Below, in pieces: positions 12,660-25,323 of a stretch of 64,000 nucleotides of DNA (positions are counted from its first letter, which is position 1; every line of letters starts with the position of its first letter). This DNA is from Chiloscyllium plagiosum (lineage: Eukaryota). The DNA lies in contig NC_057716.1 of NCBI RefSeq assembly GCF_004010195.1, positions 11,156,235-11,220,234 on the forward strand, given 5' to 3'. The position numbers and the translations under genes were made by a program. The notes under the pieces are model-generated. The model ran no database searches, was not told where the DNA came from, and was given only the letters and a program-made list of their open reading frames with translations.

Positions 12660-15320
12660 TATCTTAGCAAATCACTCTGTATCAAAACCACTACCCTTAT
12701 GAAAAGGAATGAAACCAGGTGAACCATTGGCATCAACTTAAGTACTGGAAATTGTAAAGTCAAACCCAGCCTGACTGTTCGGGTGGCTTTGCAGGGTCAA
12801 TCAGGAGTTTGTGCCAAAGTTAGGGAGAACATCCCCATTGACGAGTCAAGCATAGCTTGACTTAGTTATACTCAAGGAATTATTCCATACTCAAGTCTAG
12901 AGGACTTTGTATGTATGTATGTGTTGTATGTGTGTGTGTATGCATTAAATGTGACAGCACCATGATGTACCATTAGGAAGGAGTGTTGCTCTGGGAGGCC
13001 ACAACATTAACTCTGGGTTTCATGATGTCTCGTGGCATTAAGTCAAACATGGGCAAGCAACCCTTCTCTGATTACCATTTGTCACCAGCTCAACTGATCA
13101 ATCAGTACTCCTCCACTAGTTAGTGGAAATACTGAGGTTGCAGAATGTATTCTTGGTGGAAGACTTCAATGTTTATCACCAGGTATGGTTATATAGTGCT
13201 GATTGAGCTGGCTGAATCCTAAAGGACACTGCTGGTGATGATCAGAGAGCCAGCAAGAGAGAAAGCTAAACTGATGTCACTCTCCTCAAACTGCCTACAT
13301 CTGGCCATGAGCATGTAGGTAGAAGTAATCACTGTACATGTCATTGTGCTGCCAAATCTTGTTGTCATATTGATATGTTGGGTTATGTGCATGACATTAC
13401 TATTGTGTTAAATAGAATACATTTCAGATAGATCTAGCAACTCAACTGGGCTTCCATGAAACCATCAACTGCAGAATTATATCCGTACAGAATTAATCTG
13501 TAGCTCATTTGGAGCATATCTCTGCAATCTTCTATTACCATTAAGCTAGGAGATGAACCCTGCTTCATTGAAGAGTGCAGAGGAGCATACCAGGAGCAGC
13601 ACCAGTCATACCTAAAAATGGGGTGTCAACCTGGTATAGCCCTGGTATAACGCAGAATTACTTGCAAACAAAACCATGGAAGCAGCATGCAATAAACATG
13701 ACTAGATTAGAGTTGCGCTCGAAAAGCACAGTTGGTCAGGCAGCATCCGTGGAGCAGAAAAATCGATGTTTCAGACAAAAGCCCTTCATCAGGAATGGAG
13801 GCAGGGAGCTTTCCACATCCATCAAAGCTTCACCTGCACATCAACCAATGTCATTTATTGTATCCGTTGCTCCCATGCTGTCTCTTCTACATTGGGGAGA
13901 CTGGACGCCTCCTCGCAGAGCGCTTTAGGGAACATCTCTGGGACACCCACACCAATCAACCCCACTGCCCCATACCCCAACATTTCAACTCCCCCTCCCA
14001 CTCTGCCAAGGATATACAGGTCCTGGGTCTTGTCTGACGCTTGGAGGAAGAACACATCATCTTCCGCCTTGGAACACTTCAACCCCAGGGCATCAATGTG
14101 GACTTCACCAGTTTCCTGATTCCACCCCCCCCCCCCCACCTTACCCCAGTTCCAGACTTCCAGCTCAGCACCATCCTCATGACCTGTCCTACCTACCAAT
14201 CTCCCTTCTCACCTCTCCACTCCACCCTCCTCTCTAATCTATCACCTTCATCCTCACCTCCATCCACCCATTGTAGTCTTGTTACCTTCTCCCCAGCCCC
14301 TCTCTCTCTTCCAAGTGTGGCATCTAGGACTCTAGCAAAACTGGAGGCAGTAGGAATCTGGTTGGTTGGGTAGGGGTGAACTTTCCACTGGAGCCATACG
14401 TAGTGCAGAAGATGATGGATGTGGTTGTTCAAGATAAGTAATCTGTCCTGGGCTGTCAGTGCAGGAGTTCCTCAGAATACTGTCCCAGGTCTAACCATCT
14501 CCAGCTGCTTCAATTATGACTTTCCCTCTACCATAAGATCAGAAGTGGAGGTGTTCACTCATTCTGTTTAGCAATGTTCACCATGTCTTAGATACTGAAG
14601 CAGCTATGGCTACATCCAGCCATACCTGGTCAACATTCAGGCTTAGACTAAAAAGTGACAAGTAACACAAATGCCAGGCAATGGTAATCTCTAACGAGAG
14701 AGAATCTAACCATCTCCAATTGATATTCAGTGGAATTACCATCTCTGAAGCCCCCACTACCAATATCTTGCAGCCTAACATTGACCAGAAATTGAATTGG
14801 ATCGGTTATTCCTTATTGTCTGAGGTCGGAGGCTAGGAATTCTGCAGTGACTGACTTTCCTCCTGTTTCTCTGTGCCTGCTCACCATAACGTATGGGATA
14901 GAATACTGTTCACTTACCTGGATGGGTGCAACTCCAAGCACACTCCAGAAACTCAATCAGCATTTTTAACCTTCGCCACCAACCTATAGTGGGCAGCAGT
15001 AGGTACTACTTACAAGATGCACTGCAGCAAATTGCCCTAGCTGCTTTACAACTACAACCCTATGCACCTAGAAGGATAAAGTCGGCTAGATAGGAATGTC
15101 ATCACTTGCAAATTCCCCTCCAAGCTACGTTATCCCGGCTTGGAACTGTAGTGTTCATTCTTTTATTGTTGCTTTGTCAAAATCTTGGAACTTCCTTTCT
15201 GCAATATTGGTGTCCTGACAAGCACTCCAGAAATTCCAGAAGACAGCTCCTTATGACTGTCTTAAAGGCATTTATGGATGAGCCATAAATGTTGGCCCAG
15301 CCTTCCCCTGAAGGAACATA
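12660..15320 (+). mobile_element. Old degenerate non-LTR retrotransposon (CR1/L2-superfamily-like), interrupted by a Penelope fragment
   Basis: Decayed GDFNVHH-like endonuclease motif near 13160. Decayed [20 protein letters not shown] motif near 14460-14560. Confidence 0.55.
13705..14310. mobile_element. Penelope-like element fragment (second family) with inverted terminus
   Basis: + strand TSTNVIYCIRC...YIGETGRLLAERFREH GIY-YIG remnant at about 13800-14100. 13705-13800 is the same family's terminus in the opposite orientation. Confidence 0.8.
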
Positions 15321-15344
15321 TAATGAAAAAAACAGTTACCTCTG

Positions 15345-15720
15345 AACATCTCAAAATACTTTATAGCTGATGGACTATTTTTGTTGTCATTATTGTAATA
15401 TAAGAAATGCAGCAGCTAATTCACAAGCTCCTGCAAGCACCAATGTGATGATCAGGTAAACTGTTTTAGTGATGTTGATTGTGAGGAAAACATTGGCCTT
15501 GACACAAGGGGTAAAGCCAATGTCCATTTTTGGAATAGTGCTATGATGTAGTCTTCATTTATGGGAGAGGTCAGGCAGGTCCTAGATCTCAACCAGCAGT
15601 TAGCATCTCTCTCAGCAACCTCACTGGAAGTAGGCTTAGAATTTTGTTTGCACTCAAATCTTGAAAGTAGAACTCGAGTCCACAACATTTGTGAATCAAC
15701 TAAGACATGGCTAACACCAC
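15345..15720 (-). mobile_element. Probable Deu-domain SINE (SacSINE1/AmnSINE1-like), old
   Basis: ttttagtgatgttgattgtgaggaaaacattggcc...gacac...aatagtgctatg resembles the reverse complement of the Deu core as I recall it. Related degenerate copies at about 24020-24350 (+) and 24600-24760 (-). Confidence 0.5.
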
Positions 15721-16217
15721 AATTTACAGCTTCAAGGCTTTTTTTAAATCAACAACATTGTTGCAACTTCAGTTTGATTAGAAAATAATGAGAAAGTTAA
15801 CTTATTAATTTCTGTTTTTCCAGCCTTTGAGTAGATTAATTTGGAGTCTTAGTTAAGAATTTTAAAAAGGTAGAAGGACAGCTTTCCTTTTCTTCACTCT
15901 TTTTTCCCCCCCACCCTCCCAACCACAAAAAAAAAACCAGACAGCTGGCATGAGGCCCTTTGGGAAAGGCCTGCCAAGTTAGGAGCCAGTATGGCAGTTT
16001 ACAAGGCATTGGTACATTTCCACGGTATTGGCAACCTGCCCCTAATGTTATAATCAGAGACCACCCACCACTATTCTACCTGACTTAAATGCCTTTCTTG
16101 CTTCCATACTGTTCATGGGTATGGCAGAAAATATCGTCCTTAATTTTTGCTGCACATCAGTATAGAATTTGATAGAAAATGTTCTTTTTTCAAAAAAAAA
16201 CTTTTTATGTATTTCAG

Positions 16218-18698
16218 ATACTGTTTCAAATCATGCTTGGCATCCTCAGAATTGTGAAATATCTTCCATGAATAACTTTCTTGTTCCACACACATCATTT
16301 ACTGAGCAAATGCCTGAAACTCAGCAGAATGAAACTATTGTTGCATGTCAAAATGTTACCTTAAGAAAGAAAGATTCATGTTCCCGAAGTTCTAAAATAT
16401 CTCTGGAATTACTGGAGAAAAAGTGTGCTTCCTTGGCAAGAGAATCTTGTTCAAGAAATTCTAAAATCATTGATATTCCCGATTTTCACAGAATAAGTTT
16501 GGGTGGACCACAAGTTGAAATTTCTCCGATGCCACACAGCTCACATCCTTCTGATCCGCAGAAGTGTGGCACAAACCTGATTACTGAAGAACAGTCAGTT
16601 GAGCAACAGAAACCTGAAGTGACTGTCCTTGATGCAGAAATGGATCTAACTACAAGTGAAGCTGTAGAAATTGTTACTGTTGGAACAAATTCTACAAAGG
16701 GCAGAACGAAAAAAACTGGAAGAGATAATATGGAAGTTGAAACAACCTCCAAGAGTGTGGCAACTCTGCGAAAAGTAAAACAAACTAAGGGAAAAAATTC
16801 CAATAGTGCTCAAAGAAATTGCAACATTGATTCTCAGCTGTTTGAAAAGACACAAAGAAAGTGTTCTGAGGAATTTTCTGTCTTTGACCAAAACTCTATA
16901 AATAATAATGAGGAGCCCAATGTTCGTATTCCAAGCAGTGGACTGAATAATTGGCTAGTGCATAAGCAGAATATCCACCAAAATGATCAGAAGGAAGATA
17001 GTCAGATTGAAAGTTCTTCTAAAAATAATATAAACAGTATGAAAGAAACATTTGAGAAAAATACATTTAAAATTCATAACAGCATTAAGGACAGCTCATG
17101 TAATTTATTTGCCTCGAGGGCTAGTGAAATTTATAATAAACCAGAGAGGAATGAATGTCTAAATAATGAGGAAGAGAGCAGAGGAATTTCAAATACTTTG
17201 CAAGGAAATTTCTGTAATGTAAAAGAAAAGGTTGGACAAGGAACATTTACTGTGTTGAAGTATCACAATGTTGAGGAAAGTACATCTAATCTAATTAAAC
17301 AGCAAACAGTAGAGCGTGAAGTGGAAATGGCTAAACATCCAGTATTAGAAGATTACAGGAATTTAAATAACAGGAGCACTAGCCGAAGGACATTTTTGGT
17401 GACAGGGAGCAACAACATTAAAGATAATTCGCCTAAAGCAGTTGGTAAGAAAAAGCTTGGAAAGCAGAGTGTAGTGGTAACAAATGAATATTCAGATAAT
17501 TTAGAGGAGGGCTGCAGGAGCTCTCATGCGACAGAGGAAAATACTAACATTAAAGGTAAGACTGACCGAAGGACATTTGTGGTCATAGAAAAACACAACA
17601 GCATTAAAGATATTTCACCTAAATCATTTGGACAGGAGAAACTTAAAAAGCAGAGTTTGATGATAACAAATGAATATTCAGGTAGTTTGGAGGAGGGTTG
17701 CAAGAACTGTAATGCTTCAGGAAAGAATATTGATAACAAAAGTAAGGTTAACCGAAGGACGTTTGTTGTATGTAAACGCCACCGGACCATTAAAGAAGAT
17801 TCAACAAATTCATTGTTATGGCATGATGGCAAAGAGAAAAATGAAGTGGAGATGGTTGAGTGTTTAGGTAACTTAAAAGTTAGCAATACAAATAATATTG
17901 ATAACCAAAAGATGATCGTAGTGCTTAAAAGGGGCAAAAAATCATCCAAACGAGAGAAATTTAGAAATCAGCCTGAAATTACAATGGCTGAATCTTTGGA
18001 TAATCTGGAAGAAACCAGCAAGAGTTATAATGACTTGGAAACAAATATTGATAACAAAAAACGCAAAGCTGACATGGCTGCAGTGCACAAAAAACGAAAG
18101 AAATTTGAACAAAACCTCTCTGACCTAATTAAAGAAGAGAAAGATGATGAACCAGATACAATAACTGCATGTTTGCCTTGCACAGAAGGGTACAGTGAAA
18201 CTTCTGTCATGCAACAAGATTACATAAAAGGAATAGACGACCAAACGACATTTGTGGCAAACAAAATACTGGAAAATATTGAAAATCTACCTAATCTAAT
18301 TGTGGAAAATCAAAGTGAAGAGCAAATGGATGTAAATCAGCACTTGAATAGAAACAGGAAAAACTGCGATCAAAATGCAGGTGTTTCTCCTGAAAATTAT
18401 TGCAATGTGAAGGAAAGATTGGATAGAACAATTGCAGTTTGCAAAAATATTGAAGATCCACCTCGCTCAATACTGGCAGCAAGAAAAACATTACAGTATG
18501 AAATCAAGAAGGAACGAGCAGAGTGTGAGCAGAACACCCACAAAATTTTAAATCATGATTGCATAACTACTTCAAAAAAAGAAAGCCAACTTGTGGAGGA
18601 AATCTCTAGAAATAGCTCCAATGAATCTGTCACATGTCTATCCAGACGGGATGATATGGCTGTGGGTGTAACAACTGCAAAGTGCCCAAGAGTTCAAG
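16218..18698 (+). CDS. SGO2: Shugoshin 2 large central exon (2481 nt)
   Basis: tttcag|AT ACT...GTT CAA G|gtatgc inside the 889-aa ORF, phase 1/1. Contains the SGO2-type motif DAEMDLTTSEAVEIVTV and several RRTF(V/L)V motifs. Confidence 0.9.
17384..17800 (+). repeat. Coding tandem duplication in SGO2 (183-186 nt unit)
   Basis: CGAAGGAC (RRT) at 17384, 17567 and 17753. Units read RRTF..IKD.SPK..G..KL.KQS...TNEYS..LEEGC. Confidence 0.85.
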
Positions 18699-19389
18699 GT
18701 ATGCCTTTATCTTTGGTCAAACAATTAACCAATGTATATATGCACAATTTATACTACATGGCAGTTAGAACATCTCCCTCATTCTATTTTAGACATATAT
18801 GCAATTTCAATCTCCGCTGTCTCAACATTTCACAATGACTTATTTTTTGTGACCCCTTTATCTGTGGAAAAGGAAATCTTCTGGTCTTTAAAATTATGAA
18901 AGAGTTTGATTAGATAATTGCAAAGATTATGTTTTCACTTAAATATAATATGATTATTCAATGATCAAATCAATTAAGCAATTTCTTTATTGTATTGATC
19001 ATTTGAGTGGGCAGAATAGCATTGGTGTGTGTAAAAGGAGACATGGTGCCTATGTGAGAGAAAATAGATGAATATGTGGACAAGATGGGGGTAGATGGTG
19101 GAAGAAGGTAATTTAAGGTGTGAGGATATTTCTTTGGACTATGCCAACAAAAGAACTCTCAACCCATTAGTGTTGTAGAACCTTTTATCAGGTGATTATT
19201 TTGGGTTACCACCACTAGATTCCCATAATTTTCAAACTTTCATTACATTTGGGTAATCATGCCTTTAAAGGAATTGCACAATTAATGTAACAACTGAAAA
19301 ATTTATATTTACTACTTGAACAGGCAGACATAACCATTATTTAATTTCTCCTCTGAACCAATAGTAGTAGTTCTTTCTATCAAACCTAA

Positions 19390-20415
19390 GGTAGAAGACA
19401 GAGGGTGGTGGTGGAGGGATATTTTTCAGACTGGAGGCCTGTGACCAGTGGAGTGCCACAAGGATTGGTGCTGGGTCCTCTACTTTTTGTCATTTACATA
19501 AATGATTTGGATGCAAGCTTAAGAGGTACAGTTAGTAAGTTTGCAGATGACACCAAAATTGGAAGTGTAGTGGCCAGCAAAGAAGGTTACCTCAGGATCT
19601 GGACCACATGGGCCAATGGGCTGAGAAGTGGCAGATGGAGTTTAATTCACTTAAATGCGAGGTGCTGCATTTTGGGAAAGCAAATCTTAGCAGGACTTAT
19701 ACACTTAATGGTAAGGTCCTAGGGAGTGCAGGTTCATAGCTCCTTGAAAGTGGAGTTGCAGGTAGATAGGATAGTGAAGAAGGCATTTGGTATGCTTTCC
19801 TTTATTGGCCAGAGTATTGAGTACGGGCGTTAGGAGGTCATGTTGCAGCTGTACAGGACATTGGTTAGGCCACTGTTGGAATATTGCGTGCAATTCTGGT
19901 CTCCTTCCTATTGGAAAGATGTTGTGAAACTTGAAAGGGTGCAGAAAAGATTTACAAGGATGTTGCCAAAGTTGGAAAATTTGAGCTATAGGGAGAGGTT
20001 GAATAGGCTAGGGCTGTTTTCCCGGGAGCATCAGAGGCTGAGGGGTGACTTTATAGAGTTTTATAAAGTCATCAGGGGCACGGATAGGGTAAATAGACAA
20101 AGTCTTTTCCCTGAAGTGGGGGAGTCCAGAACTAGAGGGCATAAGTTTAGGGTGAGAGGGGAAAGATATAAAAGAGACCTAAGGGGCAACCTTTTTACAC
20201 AGAGGATGGTATGGCTATGGAATGAGCTGCCAGAGGATGTGGTGGAGGCTGGTACAATTGCTGCATTTGAGGCATTTGCATGGGTATATGAATAGGAAGG
20301 GTTTGGAGGGATATGGGCTGCGTGCTGGCAAGAGGGATAGATTGGGTTGGAATATCTGGTCGGCAAGGACCGGTTGGACTGAAGGGTCTGTTTCTATGCT
20401 GTATGACTCTATGAC
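19390..20415 (+). mobile_element. CR1 LINE 3' part (RT C-terminus + tail)
   Basis: [24 protein letters not shown]...KFADDTK and LYRTLVRPLLEYCVQFWSP. Tail tatgactctatgact. Confidence 0.92.
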
Positions 20416-21321
20416 TAGAATGAGAGTCTTTCCGCTGGCTGGTTGGCAGGAACCAGAATCTGGCCAACATTGGTGAACAAGTGTTGGCCCGCATGTGGGT
20501 GATCAGGAGTTGGGTAGCCTGGGGAAGAGAGATTCCGAATGCTTGCGAGGAGAAAATGAATCAGCAGCATTGGAGATTTAGAAGGATGAGAGTTGACAAT
20601 CTCTGGTGAGGAGAGAAAGTGATTTGGCTGTCTGGAGTAGAAGGGCAAATGAATTAATGCTGCTCATCTTAGAGATGGGTGTGTGATAAGAGAGAACAAG
20701 ATTTGGCATCTACCATCAAGTATGCAAGGAGAAATGGCTTCTGACCTACTTGCATGTGAGTTCCATGAAGGCCAATGTTTGTTAGTCCCAACACTTAGCT
20801 TGGCCTTGGTCCCAATCTCCTTCCCTCGTGATCAGGATTTTGGCCTCGGTTTTTTCTCTCTCTACTTTAGTGTCAAAAAAAGCCAAAGAAAGTTTTCCTG
20901 CTTAGCTCTGCTTCTTGACACTTTGTAATGGTTATTTTTATTAATTAGTCATTTAAATCATCAATTTATTGATTTTTGCTTTGGAATTTTTTTCAAATAT
21001 GTTGTGATAAACTTTTGTTCCTGAAATCTCCTCACTGCATCCCTCCTTATCACGAGTGCAAGGGAAATTCAAAAATGACTCCCTCCACTTCATCCCCCCA
21101 TTGAACAGTTTGAACAATGCTGCCATACGTTGTCCATTTGAGTAAAATAATAGGTAAGTAATTTCCCATTGTATTTAATTATATTTTAAATGCAACAAAT
21201 CTGATGGTAACTCTTTGTGCTCTATACTATACTGCACCATTAACTCTAATTGTTTGTCATTCTTTGCATTTTAACTTGTACCTTTAATATTAAAATCAGA
21301 TGTTCCTTCATATTGTTTCAG

Positions 21322-21481
21322 AGAAAAAAGAATGGGAAGTTCTAAAGGATGTGACAAATGTAACCCAGAACAAACTTGGTTGTCAGTCACAACTCACTAA
21401 AGAAAATCAAGGTCTTTTCAGTTCACGAAGCAAACGTCAAACTACTACAGTGTTAACTTATAAAGAACCAGCAATAGGCAG
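21322..21481 (+). CDS. SGO2: Shugoshin 2 penultimate exon (start of the SGO motif)
   Basis: tttcag|AG AAA...GGC AG|gtatgt, phase 1/2. Encodes LKDVTN...[19 protein letters not shown]. Confidence 0.92.
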
Positions 21482-22399
21482 GTATGTGAATTCATTTTGT
21501 TCCTCACTTTTGAAATATGAAAATAAAATGTCTCATTGGTTCAAATTCAAATGTTCATTTCACAAATTTGGAAAATGCTGAAGTTATTTTATGCTAAAAT
21601 TTCAAATCTGGTTGAAAATGAAGTTCATTTTAAGGACATTTCCACAAAGGAAGGTTATCTTACTTTCTGTTCTGAATTTTTTTTAATCTTGTAATACATT
21701 GCTCCTAATTCTGCACTGCTCAGTTAATGGAACAGTCTGTTACTTTTTACTGTTTCACCTTTTTCATAATTTTAGCAACCTTTACCAAATCACACTGCGT
21801 TTTCCTGTGATCTAATAAATTCTCATTTTGCAAGATCTTCATGATTATCTCCTTGCATGTCCTAGTGAATCTATGCTGTTGTTTCTATTGCTGCAACACC
21901 TTTCCAATAGCAAGAACAAAATTGCTTGATTTTACTACAGTTTTATATAAATTGATGGTAATATCAGAAATTTATATTCCATAGCTCATTCTAAAAAAAA
22001 TCCAGTTTATTTTATTCTGGTCACGTTCACTTGAGATGCACTTTGTCTTGTGAACTTTTGATCTTTGCTATTCCATAGCATGAGCCTTCTCTCCAAACCA
22101 CACATTGTATATTTTTAAAATCAAAGTGTACTGTTGTTTAACTAAGCCAACATTACTTTTCATTGAGCATTTTTGAAATTTTCAGAAAATAAGCATCATT
22201 TGAGAACAATCTTTCATATTTTGATATGAGCAAAAGCAAGTACATAAACTTTCCATTTTTGTTTGTTGATGAAAGCATTGAAATAAGAACAGAATGGAAG
22301 AAACCCTTTTGATTTAAATGTATTGTATTGGAGAATTGTAAGTAAAATCAAGCAACAAGTGCTATGAAAGTAGGTTGAAAATACATTCAAATGGCCCTT

Positions 22400-23110
22400 C
22401 AGTCTAACCCATCTACACTGACCATGTGCCCAAACCAAACTAGTCCCGCTTTCCTGCACTTAGCCCATATATTGTCCCTGATGAAGGGCTCTTGCCCAAA
22501 ACATCGATTTTCCTGCTCCTCTGATGCTGCCTGACCTGCTGTGCTTTTCCAGCACCACTGTGATCTAGACTCTGATCTCCAGCATCTGCAATCCTCACTT
22601 TTGCCATATTCCCCCAAACCTTTTCTATTCATGTGCTTATCCAAATGTCTTTTAAGTGTTGTAACTGAACCTACATCCACTACTACTAAAGTTAGTTCAT
22701 TCCACATTTTGAAAAAAACATGTCTCTCATCTTAAAAATATGCGCTTTTGAATATTCCATTTCCTAAGGAAAAGACTATTGCTATTTACCTTATCTAGGC
22801 GCCTCATGATTTTCTTGATCTGTAAGGTCACCCCGCAACCTCCTACGCTTCAGTGAATAAAGGTCCCTGCCTACCTTTTAGTCAAACCTTCCATTCCTGG
22901 CAATGTCCCGGTAAATCTTTTCTGAATTCTCTCTAAGTATTAATCTCCTGTCGTAGGGTGACCAGAACTGTACATAGACCTCAGTGTCCTATACAATCTT
23001 AACATGATATCCCAATTCCAATATTCAAAGCTCTGAGCAATGAAGGCAAGCATGTTAAGTGCCTCCTTAACCACCCTGTCTATATTGCAGGTTTCAAATA
23101 ATTATGTACT
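22400..23110 (-). mobile_element. CR1 3' fragment with a nested Penelope-type terminus (about 22477-22600)
   Basis: Reverse-complement CR1 tail (LKRHLDKHMNRKGL) split by ctgatgaagggctcttgccc...ccagcatctgca. Confidence 0.7.
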
Positions 23111-25084
23111 GGGTTTCTAGTATAATTGTTTATAATTCAATATCAACAGGTTAGACATTTAACAAAAAAATCAAATTTATTTTTACTGAATTAGCAATAA
23201 AGTTTTGACTGCTGCAGTTATGCAAGACTACTAAAACATCCAATACAACTACATTTATGAATGTTGAATACATGTTTGGCAAGCAGGAATTAAGGCAGTG
23301 AACAGCTGGATTCAGCTCTAGATAATTTTTTGCTGGGCCCAATGAGTTTCAGCTAACCATTTATAAAAATAAAGTCCATGAGTTAAGATAAGCACAGCCA
23401 GTTGTAAAACGTTTCTAGAGTAGTCATGAAATATACAATCCAATAAGCTGCATTGAATCGGAATTAATTCATTGTCCTTTTTTATTAAGAGTACAAATTA
23501 GCTGAGTATGGTTCCAGAAAAAACAATGAAACTTAAACTGAGTACCAAACGTCTTTGCATCAATTGTGCAACATATTAAGACTTGTGACCAGTGAGTTCA
23601 AAGCTTTAAAATAATCTAGCCAATTAAGAAAAACATCTGTCTCATGAAGCATACAAATGAGAGGGTTATTTGCGGAACTGAATTTTTCTCTCTTGAAAGC
23701 CCAAGTGGCTCATTTCTGCTCCTGAATCCTACATAAAATCTCCAACATCATGAAATTCAAATATTTGAACATTAAGATGAAATTGGAAGTTTGAAGATCT
23801 ACAAGCAATATTTGCCTAGATTCCAACATGAATTTACAGCACTGTAAACAATTTCTGTTAATATATAGAAATTTTAATGTGTAAAACCTTTCAAGTTTTA
23901 TCTTTATTCCCTCTACTTTTGCTGCACTATCTCAATGTTGTGATTGCTGCAATGGGCAGGGTGTGGATTGCAGTCGGAAAAGATAATAGAAATTTGACCG
24001 AGAAGCCAAATTTGTGGCATCAGGCCTCACCAGAGATGAAAGCACATATCTCAAACTGATGCTCTAATTCAGTATCATGAACTTCACTATATCACATGTA
24101 TCATTCTCTTTTGAATTAACCTGAGGCTCCTCTGCCATCTGAAGTGTTTGAGATTCTGTTAAATTATCTAGAAAAACAAGTAGTTCTTCCAGTGGCTTGA
24201 CTAATATTTATCCTTTAGCTGATATGACTTTTTTAAAAAGTTACCTAGTCATCAAACATTGCTGTTAGTGAGACCTTTACCTGACACTAGTGACTATATG
24301 TCAAACTTAATTTTGGGATGTACATGAAATCATTGCGCCAATTACTGCACACGTTATAATCTTTAAATTGATTTGAAAAATGAATTTTTGAAGGTTACAT
24401 GAAGTGGAGCCATTGGGCAGGTCCTTTTTGAAACAAGGACGATGATGTGAGTAATTTTGTCAGACAAATGTATAGTTTGGAGAACCAAAGGGTACAGGAA
24501 TACCTATAAACTTGGAGATTACAAAGATAGCATGTTATAAATTGGAGAATTTGAAGAGTTATTTAAATTAACTGACACGAACAAGTCATATCTCATACCT
24601 TGAAATTCAGTACTTTAAAGCGCAGTGACAATTATATAGACAGATGTAGCAGCTATTTTGTTTTGGCGCTAGTTAAGAGGAAGGTTGGACGAGACAAACA
24701 TGGTAGTTCTGCAGCACTTAAGGCATCAGAACTGTGCTATATAGTTCAGTTCTGACCATAAAAGTAGAAATGTATTACATCATTGTCAAAGCAAGTTTAA
24801 AAGATTCAGTTTCTGTTGCATCGCAACTTATGTCTTCTTCCAGTCAGTGGTATTTTTAATATTACAATATCCTTACATGGTATATCATTTTAGATTTTGA
24901 CTGTGGTATATTGCATTGTCTTTAGTTTGCTCAATGAATTAAGGATCATTTATCATACCTTTTAAGGCTGGTGTTTTGCAGGACAAATTTTTGAAAGTGT
25001 TAAAGGAAATTTGATGTGCAGTCTTATTAATGCTAAAATAACTATTGGTAATTTACTATTATGCATAACTTGCTCTATTTGCAG

Positions 25085-25190
25085 AAAACTACGTCGAGGG
25101 GATCAATTTACAGACTCGAGCTTTCTCTGCTCACCTGTATATAAAAATAAGAAAAGACAAAGACACAGTGTTCAAAAAGTACACAAATGA
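25085..25190 (+). CDS. SGO2: Shugoshin 2 last coding exon (end of SGO motif, stop TGA 25188-25190)
   Basis: ttgcag|A AAA CTA CGT CGA GGG GAT... encodes [34 protein letters not shown]. Phase matches the previous exon. Confidence 0.92.
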
Positions 25191-25317
25191 AGATATAGGG
25201 AAAATACAACATCACAGAATTTCAACTTTTGACAAATTTCAGATCGAGAAATAACACTTGCACTTCCTGCATTTTAAAAATTTCTCTGAAATTGTCATGG
25301 CTATCTAAATGCAGCCT

Positions 25318-25323
25318 AATAAA
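25318..25323 (+). terminator. Candidate polyadenylation signal of SGO2
   Basis: First AATAAA after the stop codon, followed by GT-rich sequence. Use is not demonstrated. Confidence 0.35.

Noticed and set aside
16640-16651. MDLT as a KNL1-type MELT (Bub3-binding) motif
   Set aside because: Single copy within the ordinary SGO2 conserved block, without the flanking KNL1 repeat context. Not supportable from sequence alone.
17384-17800. Regularly spaced repeats as a CRISPR-like array
   Set aside because: Eukaryotic coding tandem duplication in which whole units are homologous, with no unique spacers and no cas genes.
16169-18838. 889-aa ORF as a standalone intronless gene
   Set aside because: It has phase-compatible splice sites at 16218 and 18698 and is the central exon of SGO2.
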